64,000 nt of DNA from an uncultured bacterium (GCA_964601275.1 CAZRMV010000001.1:343834-407833), one strand, 5' to 3'; positions 10,127 to 19,141 are shown, numbered from the stretch's first letter. Notes: generated by a model not told the origin, from the letters alone. Made by a program: numbers and translations.

Positions 10127-12009
10127 CCCAGGCTGCGCAGTCGCGCCTTCGCGCTCTCGGAGAGTCGGGGGCGCGGCTGGCGCAGTCCTTCCAGGATCGA
10201 AGCAGCCCAGTTCTCCAGGATCGCCTCGTCTTCCTTCCAGAGCGGACCATCGGCGAAGCCCCGGGCCGAGGCGGGGCTACCGTGGGGCGCTCTTCGGCCG
10301 GGCAGGAGGTTCTCCTGTTCCTGCGGGTCGCGGGCAAGGTCGTAGGCCTCGTAGATCGACCTCCCGGAAGGGCAGCGGGCCAGGAGCAGCTTGCGGGTGG
10401 GACGGCGCAGGCAGAACCACAGGGTGTCGCCGGCCACGGTGGAATGGGAGAGCGAGAAGCCCGAAGGTCCGGGAAGCGTCGTGTCCACCGGGGCCAGGCC
10501 CAGACGCCGGCGCAGCGCCCGGCCCACTGCGTCCATACCCTGGGGCCTCGCCGCGAGCGAATCCAGCCAGGCGGTGTTCTCCGAACTGGAGGCGGGTTCT
10601 CTCCACCAGGCAGCCAGATGCAACTCATCCTCGAAGAGATAGGCGCCGTGATCGAAACGGTAACCGCGGCCGTGGGTCCCGAAACTCTCGCCGTGATCGG
10701 TGACCGCGACCAGTATGGTGGTGCTCCGGCGCGGGTCGCTCTGGAAGCGGCGCATCAGGCGGGTGAGGGCACGATCGACATCCTTGATCTCGCCAGCGTA
10801 GCGGGCGCGCTCGGTCCAGTAATCGTCGCCGTCGCGCGTCGGGGTCCCGTTCGTCGAGCCGCTCCCAGCGCCACCTCGCGCGGGCTCTCCCGCGACCGGG
10901 GGCAGGGTCTCCCATCCCGGCAGGGGGCCCAGCGGTTGGTAGGGACGGTGGGCGTCGTAGAAGTGCAGCCAGAGGAAGAAGGGTCGGTCGGGGTGGCGTC
11001 GCAGGAAGCGCAGCCCGAGGTCCACTGTCTCCTCGGCCCGGCGCTGATGGCTCAGACCGGTGGCCTCTCCGCGCAGGAGATCGAGCAGGCGCCGGCCCGC
11101 GGCGAGGAAGGCCAGGCGGCGACGGGGGGTGCCCGGGCGGAAGGAGTCGTCGTACTCGTCGAAGCCCTTCTCGAGGCCGCAGAGTTGCCGGTGCAGCACC
11201 GCGCTGGATACCACCGCCCCGGTGACATAGCCGCGCCCGGACAGGTCCTGGGCGAGGGTTCCCACCTCCGTGCCGATGGGCCAGCCGTTGTCCTGGGCGC
11301 CATGGAGCCGGGGGGGCAGGCCGGTGAGCAGGCTGGCGTGGGAGGGGCCGGTCAGGGGGATGGGTGCAGTGAGATGTTTCCACGCGATGGCTTCCCGCTG
11401 CAGGGTCTCCAGGAATCCGTCCGGGGGAAGGAACGATCCCCGGGGCGGCAGATGATCGCGTCGCATGGTGTCCAGGGTGATCAAGAGCAGAGACGGCGGG
11501 CGGTCCGGCCGCTCGGTGGATCCCCGGGGGGCGACCGGGGCGAGCAGGGCCCCGCTCACCGTTGCGGCCAGGGCCACCGCGCCGCCCAGTCCCAGGAGGA
11601 CGCGCCTTCGAAGGAGTCCGAAGGCGAAGACCGGCACCGCCAGGGCAAGGAGGGCAAGGCCGCTGGCCGCGGCCAGGGCGGGCAGGCGGCCCTGGGGGCC
11701 GAAACCGGGACGGAGGCTGAGGAAGGCCCTCAGCAGCACCGGCAACGCCAGGCTCAGGCCCACCGCCAGGCCGTGGACGGAGGGACGCGTCCCGCGGGCG
11801 GTGCGGGCAACGAAGGAGGACGCGAGAAGCCCCCATCCGGTGGTCAAGCCCACCGCGAGGATCCAGGTTCCCCACCACTCCGAAATGGAAAGCAGCGGGG
11901 GATGAACCGCCGGCAGGGCGCAGCGCGCTTCCACCGCGCCGGCGAACGCTCCGGCGAGCGCGCCCTCGACCAGGAGGAGTCTTCGGCTACCGGCCGGACT
12001 TGAGCTCAT
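10114..12009 (-). CDS. membrane-anchored sulfatase-family (alkaline-phosphatase superfamily) hydrolase/transferase, phosphoethanolamine-transferase/LTA-synthase-like
   Basis: 631 aa. Four to five N-terminal TM helices. Catalytic-domain motifs LLLITLDTMRRDHL, PLTGPSHASLLTG, FFLWLHFYDAHRPY and VAVTDHGESFG. The annotated start overlaps the bcp stop by 23 nt, so the real start may be an internal GTG/TTG. Confidence 0.75.
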   Translation of the reverse strand: MSSSPAGSRRLLLVEGALAGAFAGAVEARCALPAVHPPLLSISEWWGTWILAVGLTTGWGLLASSFVARTARGTRPSVHGLAVGLSLALPVLLRAFLSLRPGFGPQGRLPALAAASGLALLALAVPVFAFGLLRRRVLLGLGGAVALAATVSGALLAPVAPRGSTERPDRPPSLLLITLDTMRRDHLPPRGSFLPPDGFLETLQREAIAWKHLTAPIPLTGPSHASLLTGLPPRLHGAQDNGWPIGTEVGTLAQDLSGRGYVTGAVVSSAVLHRQLCGLEKGFDEYDDSFRPGTPRRRLAFLAAGRRLLDLLRGEATGLSHQRRAEETVDLGLRFLRRHPDRPFFLWLHFYDAHRPYQPLGPLPGWETLPPVAGEPARGGAGSGSTNGTPTRDGDDYWTERARYAGEIKDVDRALTRLMRRFQSDPRRSTTILVAVTDHGESFGTHGRGYRFDHGAYLFEDELHLAAWWREPASSSENTAWLDSLAARPQGMDAVGRALRRRLGLAPVDTTLPGPSGFSLSHSTVAGDTLWFCLRRPTRKLLLARCPSGRSIYEAYDLARDPQEQENLLPGRRAPHGSPASARGFADGPLWKEDEAILENWAASILEGLRQPRPRLSESAKARLRSLGYLR

Positions 12010-12469
12010 CGAGCTTCTCGAGGATCTGCTCGGCGTGCCGCTTCACGTCGGGGCGTTTCCAGATATGGAGGATGCGCCCCTTCTCATCCAGGAGGAAGGT
12101 GCTGCGTTTGATCCCGAAGGTCTTCTTGCCGTACATGTTCTTCTCTCCCCAGGCTCCGTATTTCTCGGCGACCTTGTGGTCGGGATCGCACAGGAGGGGG
12201 AAGGGAAGCTGGTACTTGTCGCGGAAGCGGGCGTGACTCTCCGGACCGTCGGGGGAGATCCCGTAGACCATGACCTTCCGCCGCCGCAGGGTGGCCCAGT
12301 GGTCGCGGAAGGAGCAGGCTTCCTTGGTGCAGCCCGAGGTGTTGTCGCGGGGATAGAAATAGATCACCGCCTTGCGGCCCACGATGTCGCGGTTGAGGGA
12401 GATCTTGTTCCCGTCGGTGTCCTGCAGGGTGAACGCGGGGGCTCTCTTCCCAACTTCCAGGTCGGCCAC
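11987..12469 (-). CDS. bcp: thiol peroxidase / peroxiredoxin Bcp
   Basis: 160 aa; AhpC/TSA fold with FYPRDNTSGCTKEAC (peroxidatic Cys) and full-length Bcp similarity. Confidence 0.9.
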   Translation of the reverse strand: MADLEVGKRAPAFTLQDTDGNKISLNRDIVGRKAVIYFYPRDNTSGCTKEACSFRDHWATLRRRKVMVYGISPDGPESHARFRDKYQLPFPLLCDPDHKVAEKYGAWGEKNMYGKKTFGIKRSTFLLDEKGRILHIWKRPDVKRHAEQILEKLDELKSGR

Positions 12470-12618
12470 GATCGTGTTCCTCCGTTCTGCCGGGGCAACC
12501 GGCTTGTGCCAGCGCGGGGGATTCCGCCGGGGATCATAGATCCAAGCCCCGGTTGTGGCAACGCGGCCCTCGAGCTCCCCCTTGCCGAAACCCTCGTGGA
12601 CCCCTAGGCTGTCCTCCC

Positions 12619-13005
12619 ATGGAAACCCCAGCCGATCCCCATTCGAACGAACCGGCCATCCGCGTCCTGATGATGCCGCGGGATACCAACGCCCATGGCA
12701 CCATCTTCGGCGGAATCATCCTCTCCTACATCGACCAGGCCGGGGCCATTGCCACCTACCACGCGGGGTGCCGCCAGGTGGTGACGGTGGCGATGGACAA
12801 GGTCGAGTTCCACGCGCCGGTCAACGTGGGCGACCTGGTCAGCTTCTACGCGGAGATCCTCAAGGTGGGCACGAGCTCGATCACCGTGCTGGTGCGCGTG
12901 CTGTCGCAGGGACGCAAGACGATGGAAGAGGTGCTGGTCACCGAGGCCCAGGTGACCTACGTCAACATCGACGATACCGGCCGGCCGGTGCCGATCGACG
13001 GTTGA
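12619..13005 (+). CDS. acyl-CoA thioesterase, hotdog fold (YciA-like)
   Basis: Within ORF 12553..13005, start at METPADP. LMMPRDTNAHGTIFGGIILSYIDQAGAIA is a typical YciA/4HBT motif. Confidence 0.8.
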   Translation: METPADPHSNEPAIRVLMMPRDTNAHGTIFGGIILSYIDQAGAIATYHAGCRQVVTVAMDKVEFHAPVNVGDLVSFYAEILKVGTSSITVLVRVLSQGRKTMEEVLVTEAQVTYVNIDDTGRPVPIDG

Positions 13006-13081
13006 AGCCGACCTCCTTGCCGGCTGCAATGCGGCCCCGGCGGGATGGACGAGGCGCCGTCCTCACCATCGAACTCCCGCT

Positions 13082-14527
13082 TCAGTCGAAGCCCGGGTCG
13101 GAGTTCTCGCGCACCCTCACCTTGCCGTAGGCACTGAGCGCCTCGCGCACCTCGCTCGCCACCCCGATGCAGGTGAAGGCGAGGTCGTCGGCGGGGAACC
13201 ACTTCGCGACGGCATCGCGGCAGTCGGCGAGGGTGACCGCGTCGATGCGGTCGAACAATCCGTCGATCGATCCACGGCCGAGACCATAGGCGGTGATGCG
13301 GCAGAGCGCGGTCGCGAGCGCGTCGCCGGTTTCGTAACGGTAGGGCAGTTGCCCTTTCAGGTAGGCCTTGGCCGACACGAGTTCCTCTTCGCTGATCCCC
13401 TCGCGATGCAGCCGTTCCAGGGTGGACAGGGCGAGGTCGATCGCCTCGGTGGTCGTGGCCTTGGCGGTGAAGGAACTGATGAAGGTCGATCCTGACCACC
13501 GGCGGCGCTGGACGGTGAAGCGCGCGCCGTAGCTCAGGCCGCTCTCGATCCGCAACTTCGTGTTCAGCCACGAGGTGAACCGTCCTCCGAAGATGGTACG
13601 GACCACCTCGATCGCTGCGTCGTTCCCCTCTCCCCATCGCGGGCCCAGGTTGCCGATCATGAACCAGGTCTGGGGAGTGTCCACCTTGTCCACCAGGAGG
13701 ACCTCGCGGCCGGAGAAGGGCGTCGGGGGCAGAAGATGCACCGCGGGGGCTTCAGCCCGCGGCATCTTCGCGAAGATCCGCTCCAGTTTTCCGGCGAGCA
13801 CTTCCGGGTCGATGTCTCCGACCACCGCCAGGTAGGCGCGGTCGGCTCCGACGTGTTCCCGGTAGAAGCGGCGCACCTGTTCGGGGGTGATGGACAGCAG
13901 ACTTTCCTCGGTGCCGGCGACCGGCCGTCCGTAGGGATGATCGCCGAAGACATGGGCGTCATGATACCGGCCCAGGACGAAGCGGGGATTCTCCTTGGCC
14001 TGGCGTACGTTCTCGGCCATCTGCCGGGCGAGCTTCTCGATCTCCCCGTCGTCGAAAGCGGGAGAGAGCACCGCGTCACCGAACAGGGAGAGAGCCTCGT
14101 CGAGGTCCTTGCTGAGGCATTGCATCGCGATGCGGATGCGATCGTGATCGGCCGAGGCGGAGAACCCGGCGCCGAGGAAATCGACCGCTTCGGAGAACTC
14201 GGCCGCACTGCGGCCTCCCGCACCCTTGCGCAGGCTGCGCGCGGTCAGGAGCGCCAAGCCTTCCATGCCCTGCGGATCCGCCGAGGATCCGTCGAGGATC
14301 CACATCTCCAGGTTCACCATGGGAACCGTTCCATGCGGCATCAGCAGCAGGGTGAGGCCGTTGTCCAGGATCCGGGTCGAATAGGGAGGCAGCTCGAGGC
14401 GGGGCGCGGGGTCCTCGGCGGCCAGGGAGGATTCTGCCCGAGGGGCCAACACCAGCGCCATCAGCAGACCAACCCATACCGGATGGCGCGGCCTCGGCCG
14501 TCCGAAGATCCTACCGGGATTCATCAT
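13082..14527 (-). CDS. M16-family peptidase, non-catalytic (no HxxEH) subunit, secreted
   Basis: 481 aa with signal peptide and the M16 two-domain architecture, but no HxxEH zinc motif. Start overlaps the upstream M16 gene's stop by 17 nt. Confidence 0.8.
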   Translation of the reverse strand: MMNPGRIFGRPRPRHPVWVGLLMALVLAPRAESSLAAEDPAPRLELPPYSTRILDNGLTLLLMPHGTVPMVNLEMWILDGSSADPQGMEGLALLTARSLRKGAGGRSAAEFSEAVDFLGAGFSASADHDRIRIAMQCLSKDLDEALSLFGDAVLSPAFDDGEIEKLARQMAENVRQAKENPRFVLGRYHDAHVFGDHPYGRPVAGTEESLLSITPEQVRRFYREHVGADRAYLAVVGDIDPEVLAGKLERIFAKMPRAEAPAVHLLPPTPFSGREVLLVDKVDTPQTWFMIGNLGPRWGEGNDAAIEVVRTIFGGRFTSWLNTKLRIESGLSYGARFTVQRRRWSGSTFISSFTAKATTTEAIDLALSTLERLHREGISEEELVSAKAYLKGQLPYRYETGDALATALCRITAYGLGRGSIDGLFDRIDAVTLADCRDAVAKWFPADDLAFTCIGVASEVREALSAYGKVRVRENSDPGFD

Positions 14528-15860
14528 CGCCTCCAGGACTCGGGATCAGGGTCACCACCGTGCGCCGGTCGCGGACCAGGTAGGTCGCGGCCACCCGCTG
14601 GATGTCCTGGGTGGTGACCTTGGAGGTTTCGCTCTCGGTGGAGAAGAGCCGGCGCCATCCGCCGTGGAAGAGTTCGTACTCTCCCAGCGACTCCGCCTTT
14701 CCGTTCAGGCTCGAAAGATTGCGGTAGAAGTCGGCGAGGAGGATGTTCTTCGCCTTGCGCAATTCGCGCTTGGTGACCCCCTCCTCGACGATGTTCGCCA
14801 ATTCCTCGTAGAGAGCGGCCTCGGCTCGATGGCTGTCCACTCCCTCGCGCAGTTGCAGGAAGAGGATGTACAGGGAAGGGTCGAAGGCCAGGTCGAGACT
14901 TCCCCACAGGCTCAGGACCGATTGGTCGTGATCGACCAGCCGGCGGTAGAGACGCGAACTCTCCCCCTCGGTGAGGATGAGATCGAGCAGCTGGAGGGCC
15001 GGGATGTCCGCATGGCTGGTGGGGGGTACATGCCATCCCACGGCGACGGCGGGCAGGTTGGCCTCCTTCCGCAGTTCGATGCGATGTTCCCCCTGTTGCG
15101 GGGGTTCGACGGTGACCACGTCCCGCCCGACCTCCCGCGGGGGAATGGTTCCGAGCTTCTCCTGCAGGTGTGGAAGGAGGCGCTCGGGGTCGAAAGCGCC
15201 CACGATGACCATGGTGGCGTTGTTGGGAGTGTAGAAGTGCTCGTGGAAGGCTTCGACGTCGACCTGCCGCCAATTCTCGATGTCGCTGCGCCAGCCGATC
15301 ACCGGCCACTGGTACGGATGCGCGATGAACGCGCCGGCCCAGAGCTGGATGAGCATGAGGCGGGTGTTGGAATCCTCCACGCTGCGCCGCCGCTCGCTCA
15401 TCACCACGCCTCTCTCGCTGCTGACGATCTCGGGGTCGACCGAGAGCCAGCCAATGCGATCGCGCTCGAGATCGAGGGTGGTTTCAAGGGCGCTGGCGGG
15501 AATCCAGTCTTCGTACACCGTCACGTTGCGATTGGTGTAGGCGTTGTTCGACCCTCCAGCGGCTTCCATCGTGCGGTCGAAGGCGCCCGGCGGATAGTGC
15601 TTCGACCCGTTGAACATCATGTGCTCGAAGAAATGCGCCAGTCCGGTGGTTCCCGGGGCCTCGTTGCGGCTGCCCACGTGCCAGAAGGTGTAGACGGAGA
15701 CGTTGGGGATTCCCTCGACCGGCCACAGCAGGACGCGCATGCCGTTGTCCAGCACGTGCTCCTGGATCCTTGGGGGGATCTCCGCCGCGGCGGCGGCCGA
15801 CAGGGTCAAGGAGACCACGAGGATCGCGGCCAGGAGAATGGGGCCCTTCTTCCCTCTCAT
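14511..15860 (-). CDS. M16-family zinc metallopeptidase (pitrilysin-like, HxxEH active site), secreted
   Basis: 449 aa with signal peptide and HFFEHMMFNG (inverted zincin HxxEH); second ligand E in RRRSVEDSNTR. Confidence 0.85.
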   Translation of the reverse strand: MRGKKGPILLAAILVVSLTLSAAAAAEIPPRIQEHVLDNGMRVLLWPVEGIPNVSVYTFWHVGSRNEAPGTTGLAHFFEHMMFNGSKHYPPGAFDRTMEAAGGSNNAYTNRNVTVYEDWIPASALETTLDLERDRIGWLSVDPEIVSSERGVVMSERRRSVEDSNTRLMLIQLWAGAFIAHPYQWPVIGWRSDIENWRQVDVEAFHEHFYTPNNATMVIVGAFDPERLLPHLQEKLGTIPPREVGRDVVTVEPPQQGEHRIELRKEANLPAVAVGWHVPPTSHADIPALQLLDLILTEGESSRLYRRLVDHDQSVLSLWGSLDLAFDPSLYILFLQLREGVDSHRAEAALYEELANIVEEGVTKRELRKAKNILLADFYRNLSSLNGKAESLGEYELFHGGWRRLFSTESETSKVTTQDIQRVAATYLVRDRRTVVTLIPSPGGDDESR

Positions 15861-15861
15861 C

Positions 15862-16287
15862 TCAGACCGTGATGTCGTTCAGCCACACGTCGTGCAGATT
15901 GCACATGCTCAGGGCGTACAGGGTGCCTTCGTAGCTCTCCATGGTGAAGGTCGACTCGGGCTTCTCGTCGACGACCGGATCGAAGAGGTGCTCGTCGAGG
16001 AACTTGAACTCGTGGTCGAGAAGCACGTGCTTGACGATGTAGTGCTTGTACCCGCTCATCTTGTGGTTGGTGATCACGTGCACCCTCACTCCGTCGGGGC
16101 CGGTTTCCACCTCGATCTGGGGTAGGTGTCCATCCACCTTCTTGGCCCATCGTCCCGGAGCCTCCCGGGTGTAGTAGACGCCTCCGGCCATGGGGCTTGC
16201 CGGGACCTTCGCAAAGCTGGGGCGCGGCACCACGAGGATCCCACTGGCGCCGATGAGACCGGCTTGGATGAACTGACGACGATCCAT
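15862..16287 (-). CDS. superoxide reductase (desulfoferrodoxin/neelaredoxin family) with a twin-arginine (Tat) signal peptide
   Basis: MDRRQFIQAGLIGASGILVVPRPSFA is a Tat signal. GTLYALSMCNLHDVWLNDITV closely matches neelaredoxin GKLYALSYCNIHGLWENEVTLE. The iron ligands (H in DGHLPQIE, H..H in NHKMSGYKHY, C and H in CNLH) are all present. Confidence 0.8.
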   Translation of the reverse strand: MDRRQFIQAGLIGASGILVVPRPSFAKVPASPMAGGVYYTREAPGRWAKKVDGHLPQIEVETGPDGVRVHVITNHKMSGYKHYIVKHVLLDHEFKFLDEHLFDPVVDEKPESTFTMESYEGTLYALSMCNLHDVWLNDITV

Positions 16288-16441
16288 GATCTGCTCCTCG
16301 AGCTTGGATGGGGCTGGACTCTGCGGCCGGGCGGCGGAGAAAGACCGGGCCGGGCAAGGGTCATGCGGGAAGGAGACAGCCTAGATCCATTTCCCTTCCG
16401 GCGTCAACGCCGACCGGCCCCGGCGTTGCGGCGGATCCGGG

Positions 16442-17488
16442 TCAACCCGGCGCCAGCTCGATCCCCAAACGACCCAGGGCCGTCTGGAACTCCGCCGGAA
16501 GGGGCGCTTCCACCGCGAAGCCCCGCGCGGGGTCGCTGAGAGAGAGTTTCGCCGCGTGGAGGAGTTGATGGTCGAGCACGGCGAAAAGGCCGGCTGAGGC
16601 ATCCCGCCGGGGATCGCCGTAGCGGGGATCCCCCACGACCGGCAGGTCCAGCGCCCGAAGGTGGGCGCGGATCTGGTGGGTTCGCCCGGTGATCGGCTCG
16701 GCCTCGAGCAGGCTGGCCTCCGTTCCGCGCGCGAGGAGTCGGAAGCGGGTGTGGGCGCCCACCCCTTCGGGCCCATCGGCCACCGGCACCATCTTCGGAC
16801 GGTCACGGGGAGCGTGGGCGAGCCGTCCGAGGGGGATCCTCGTCTCCAGCTCGGCCCGGGGGGGATGCCCCCAGACCACCACCAGGTAGGACTTGTGGAC
16901 GCGCCCTTCCTGCTGGGCCTGCCGGAAGGCGTCCTGGGCGGACGCGGTCAGGGTCACCGTGACCGCCCCGGTGGTGCCCTCGTCCAGGCGGTGGGGAGCG
17001 GCCGGCCGGGCGTCGCCGCGGGCGACCGCTTCGGCATAGCGGAGCTGGGCCCAGTGGAGGAGACCGGGCCATCCACCTTCTCCGTGATCGCAGGCAACGT
17101 GGGCTGGCTTGTCGACCACCACGAGTTCGGTTCCCTCGTGCAGGATCCGCGGGCTGGGTCCGCGATAGGATGGGAGCGGGCGGTCGTCTCCCGCGGGTCC
17201 CTTCCCGGGCGGGGCCGGCGCGCCGGGTCGCGCGGGCCCTTTCCCCGGAGGAACCGACGGGTCCTTCCGCACCGGGTTCTTCCGGTGGTGGGCCACCACC
17301 AGGTCGCCCGGTTCCAAGCGTATCGATCCTCGACCCCGGAGGCCGTTCACCTTCACGTCGCCTTTGCGAAGCATCCGTTGGATCCGGGAGGAGGGCAGGC
17401 CTCCCAGCTCTTCACCCAGCCGGGACTGGAGAAAGCGATCGAGCCGCCGTCCCGCGTCTGCCGCGCCCACTGTCCATTCGAACCGCAT
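16442..17488 (-). CDS. RluA-family 23S rRNA pseudouridine synthase (RluC/RluD-like) with S4 RNA-binding domain
   Basis: Within ORF 16442..17551, start at MRFEW. S4 motif RLDRFLQ; catalytic-core motifs HRLDEGTTGA and TGRTHQIRAHLRALDLPVVGD. Confidence 0.85.
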   Translation of the reverse strand: MRFEWTVGAADAGRRLDRFLQSRLGEELGGLPSSRIQRMLRKGDVKVNGLRGRGSIRLEPGDLVVAHHRKNPVRKDPSVPPGKGPARPGAPAPPGKGPAGDDRPLPSYRGPSPRILHEGTELVVVDKPAHVACDHGEGGWPGLLHWAQLRYAEAVARGDARPAAPHRLDEGTTGAVTVTLTASAQDAFRQAQQEGRVHKSYLVVVWGHPPRAELETRIPLGRLAHAPRDRPKMVPVADGPEGVGAHTRFRLLARGTEASLLEAEPITGRTHQIRAHLRALDLPVVGDPRYGDPRRDASAGLFAVLDHQLLHAAKLSLSDPARGFAVEAPLPAEFQTALGRLGIELAPG

Positions 17489-17577
17489 GATCCTCCCTGA
17501 AGCCGCGGGAACGCGCCGCCTTCCTTGACCCATGGGCCCTCGAGTCTCCATAATGGACCAAAGACCCGCCGCCCGCG

Positions 17578-18915
17578 ATGGGCCAGTGCCGATGCGGCTG
17601 TTTCCCTGCCCCCTCTCGCCCGCCCCTCTCCCTGGAGGCTCCCGTGCGTCTGGATCCGAAGACGAACCCCTCGTACCTCAAGCTGGACCTCTACTGCAAA
17701 GGGGCGCGGATCGACGAGAGTTGTTTCGTGGAAGAGTCCGGCGGGCGGCCGATCCTCCGCACGCGCGCCGGGCTGGGCAGTGGCCTCGAGCTGATCCTCC
17801 CCGCCGGGATGTGGACCAATGTTCCGGTCACCGAGGACTTCACCCGCCGCTCGCCCTATCTCATCCGGATGGAGAAGGGCTCCTTGATCCTGGAACGTGA
17901 CGGGGAGTTCATCTGCCGTCCCAAGCTCTCGCCCAAACCGCAGTGGTACGAACGCGAGACCACCACCGGCCGGAAGATGCGCCAGGTGGGCAGTCTCCAG
18001 GGAACCTATCTCGGTATCTATCCCGGGAAGGTCTGCGAGTACTGGACCCGCGACACCAAGGTGAACTGCCATTTCTGCAGCGTGGGACTGAACCTCGGGC
18101 ACGATGATGCCGACGAGAAGAACGTCGGAGAGGTGATGCAGGTGGTCCGCGCCGCGGTCCTGGAGAGTGGCGTCACCTACGTCGACTTCAACACCGGCCA
18201 CTACGAAGGCGAAACCTACCTCGATCTGCTCGAGCCCTACATCGAAGCCATCAAGAAGGAGACGGGGCTCTTGATCGGCATCCAGACCCCGCCCCATTCC
18301 GACCTGAGCCGGTATGACCGGTTGAAGAAGCTGGGGGTCAACCGGGTCAGCTTCTGTTTCGAACTCTTCAATCGCGAGCGCTTCATCGAGGTGTGCCCGG
18401 GAAAGCATTCCCAGTACGGCCTCGACCGCTACCTCGAGGCCATCCGGTATTGCGCCGGGTTGGGACGCGAGGAGAGCTCCTTGCTCGATCCCTGGGTGAC
18501 CAACGGGGAGATCATCGCCGGCCTGGAGGATCCGAAGGACAGCATCGCCGCCATCGACTGGATCACCGAACAGGGGGCCATTCCCACCGTCTGCGTCTTC
18601 CGTCCGCTGGCCGGTACCGACTACGCCGGGGTGGACGTGCCCGACACCGAGGAGATGGTCCCGGTCTTCGCCCGCCTCTACGACCGCTGCATGGAGAAGG
18701 GACTGCCCATCGGGGTGGCGCCCAACATCCACGTGAGCCTGGTGATGTTGCCCGAAGAGTGCGAAGGACTGAGCCAGCGTCCGAAGGCCCATTTCGGCCA
18801 TCGCATGAAACTGAAGGCGATGCACTCGGTCTTCTCCGCCGCCTACTATGCCCGCCTGGAACGGGCCAAGCGCGAACTGCGCCGAAGGGTCGAGGCGGGG
18901 GAGGTGGTGGCCTAG
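17578..18915 (+). CDS. radical-SAM-like Fe-S enzyme with noncanonical Cys spacing (Cx10CxxC) and an ~130 aa N-terminal domain
   Basis: 445 aa. Cys cluster VCEYWTRDTKVNCHFCSVG, then ~45 aa later a GGE-like HYEGE and a TIM-barrel-like periodicity. No canonical CX3CX2C. An internal GTG start is possible. Confidence 0.45.
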   Translation: MGQCRCGCFPAPSRPPLSLEAPVRLDPKTNPSYLKLDLYCKGARIDESCFVEESGGRPILRTRAGLGSGLELILPAGMWTNVPVTEDFTRRSPYLIRMEKGSLILERDGEFICRPKLSPKPQWYERETTTGRKMRQVGSLQGTYLGIYPGKVCEYWTRDTKVNCHFCSVGLNLGHDDADEKNVGEVMQVVRAAVLESGVTYVDFNTGHYEGETYLDLLEPYIEAIKKETGLLIGIQTPPHSDLSRYDRLKKLGVNRVSFCFELFNRERFIEVCPGKHSQYGLDRYLEAIRYCAGLGREESSLLDPWVTNGEIIAGLEDPKDSIAAIDWITEQGAIPTVCVFRPLAGTDYAGVDVPDTEEMVPVFARLYDRCMEKGLPIGVAPNIHVSLVMLPEECEGLSQRPKAHFGHRMKLKAMHSVFSAAYYARLERAKRELRRRVEAGEVVA

Positions 18916-19112
18916 TCTCGCCTTGGCGGGGGGTCTTCCCGGTAGAGACGCCGCAATTCCGCCGCCGGCAGCGCGGCGTGTTCCGGTTCCACCTCCAGGA
19001 GGACGATTCCATCCCCACCGCACTGCGGGCAGTCCGGCTGTGGCCGATCGTCGTCGGGACACCGGAGGCAGGGGAGGGAGACGCTCACCCGGCGGGTCGC
19101 GTCAGCGCTCAA
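18912..19112 (-). CDS. possible small zinc-ribbon protein (Cx2C-x9-Cx2C)
   Basis: In-frame TTG at 19110-19112 is preceded by AAGGAAG. Product LSADATRRVSVSLPCLRCPDDDRPQPDCPQCGGDGIVLLEVEPEHAALPAAELRRLYREDPPPRRD (66 aa). The ORF-track version begins with an ATG inside the ALDH gene. Lies immediately downstream of ALDH on the same strand. Confidence 0.25.
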   Translation of the reverse strand: MSADATRRVSVSLPCLRCPDDDRPQPDCPQCGGDGIVLLEVEPEHAALPAAELRRLYREDPPPRRD

Positions 19113-19141
19113 TGCAGCTTCCTTTCCGCCGAGGGGCGCGA

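Noticed and set aside
17578-18915. Possibility that the Cx10CxxC protein is part of a RiPP or other BGC
   Set aside because: No precursor-peptide-like ORF, peptidase, transporter or other tailoring enzyme is clustered with it. The neighbours are RluA, ALDH7 and a thioredoxin-domain protein, so a BGC interpretation is unsupported.
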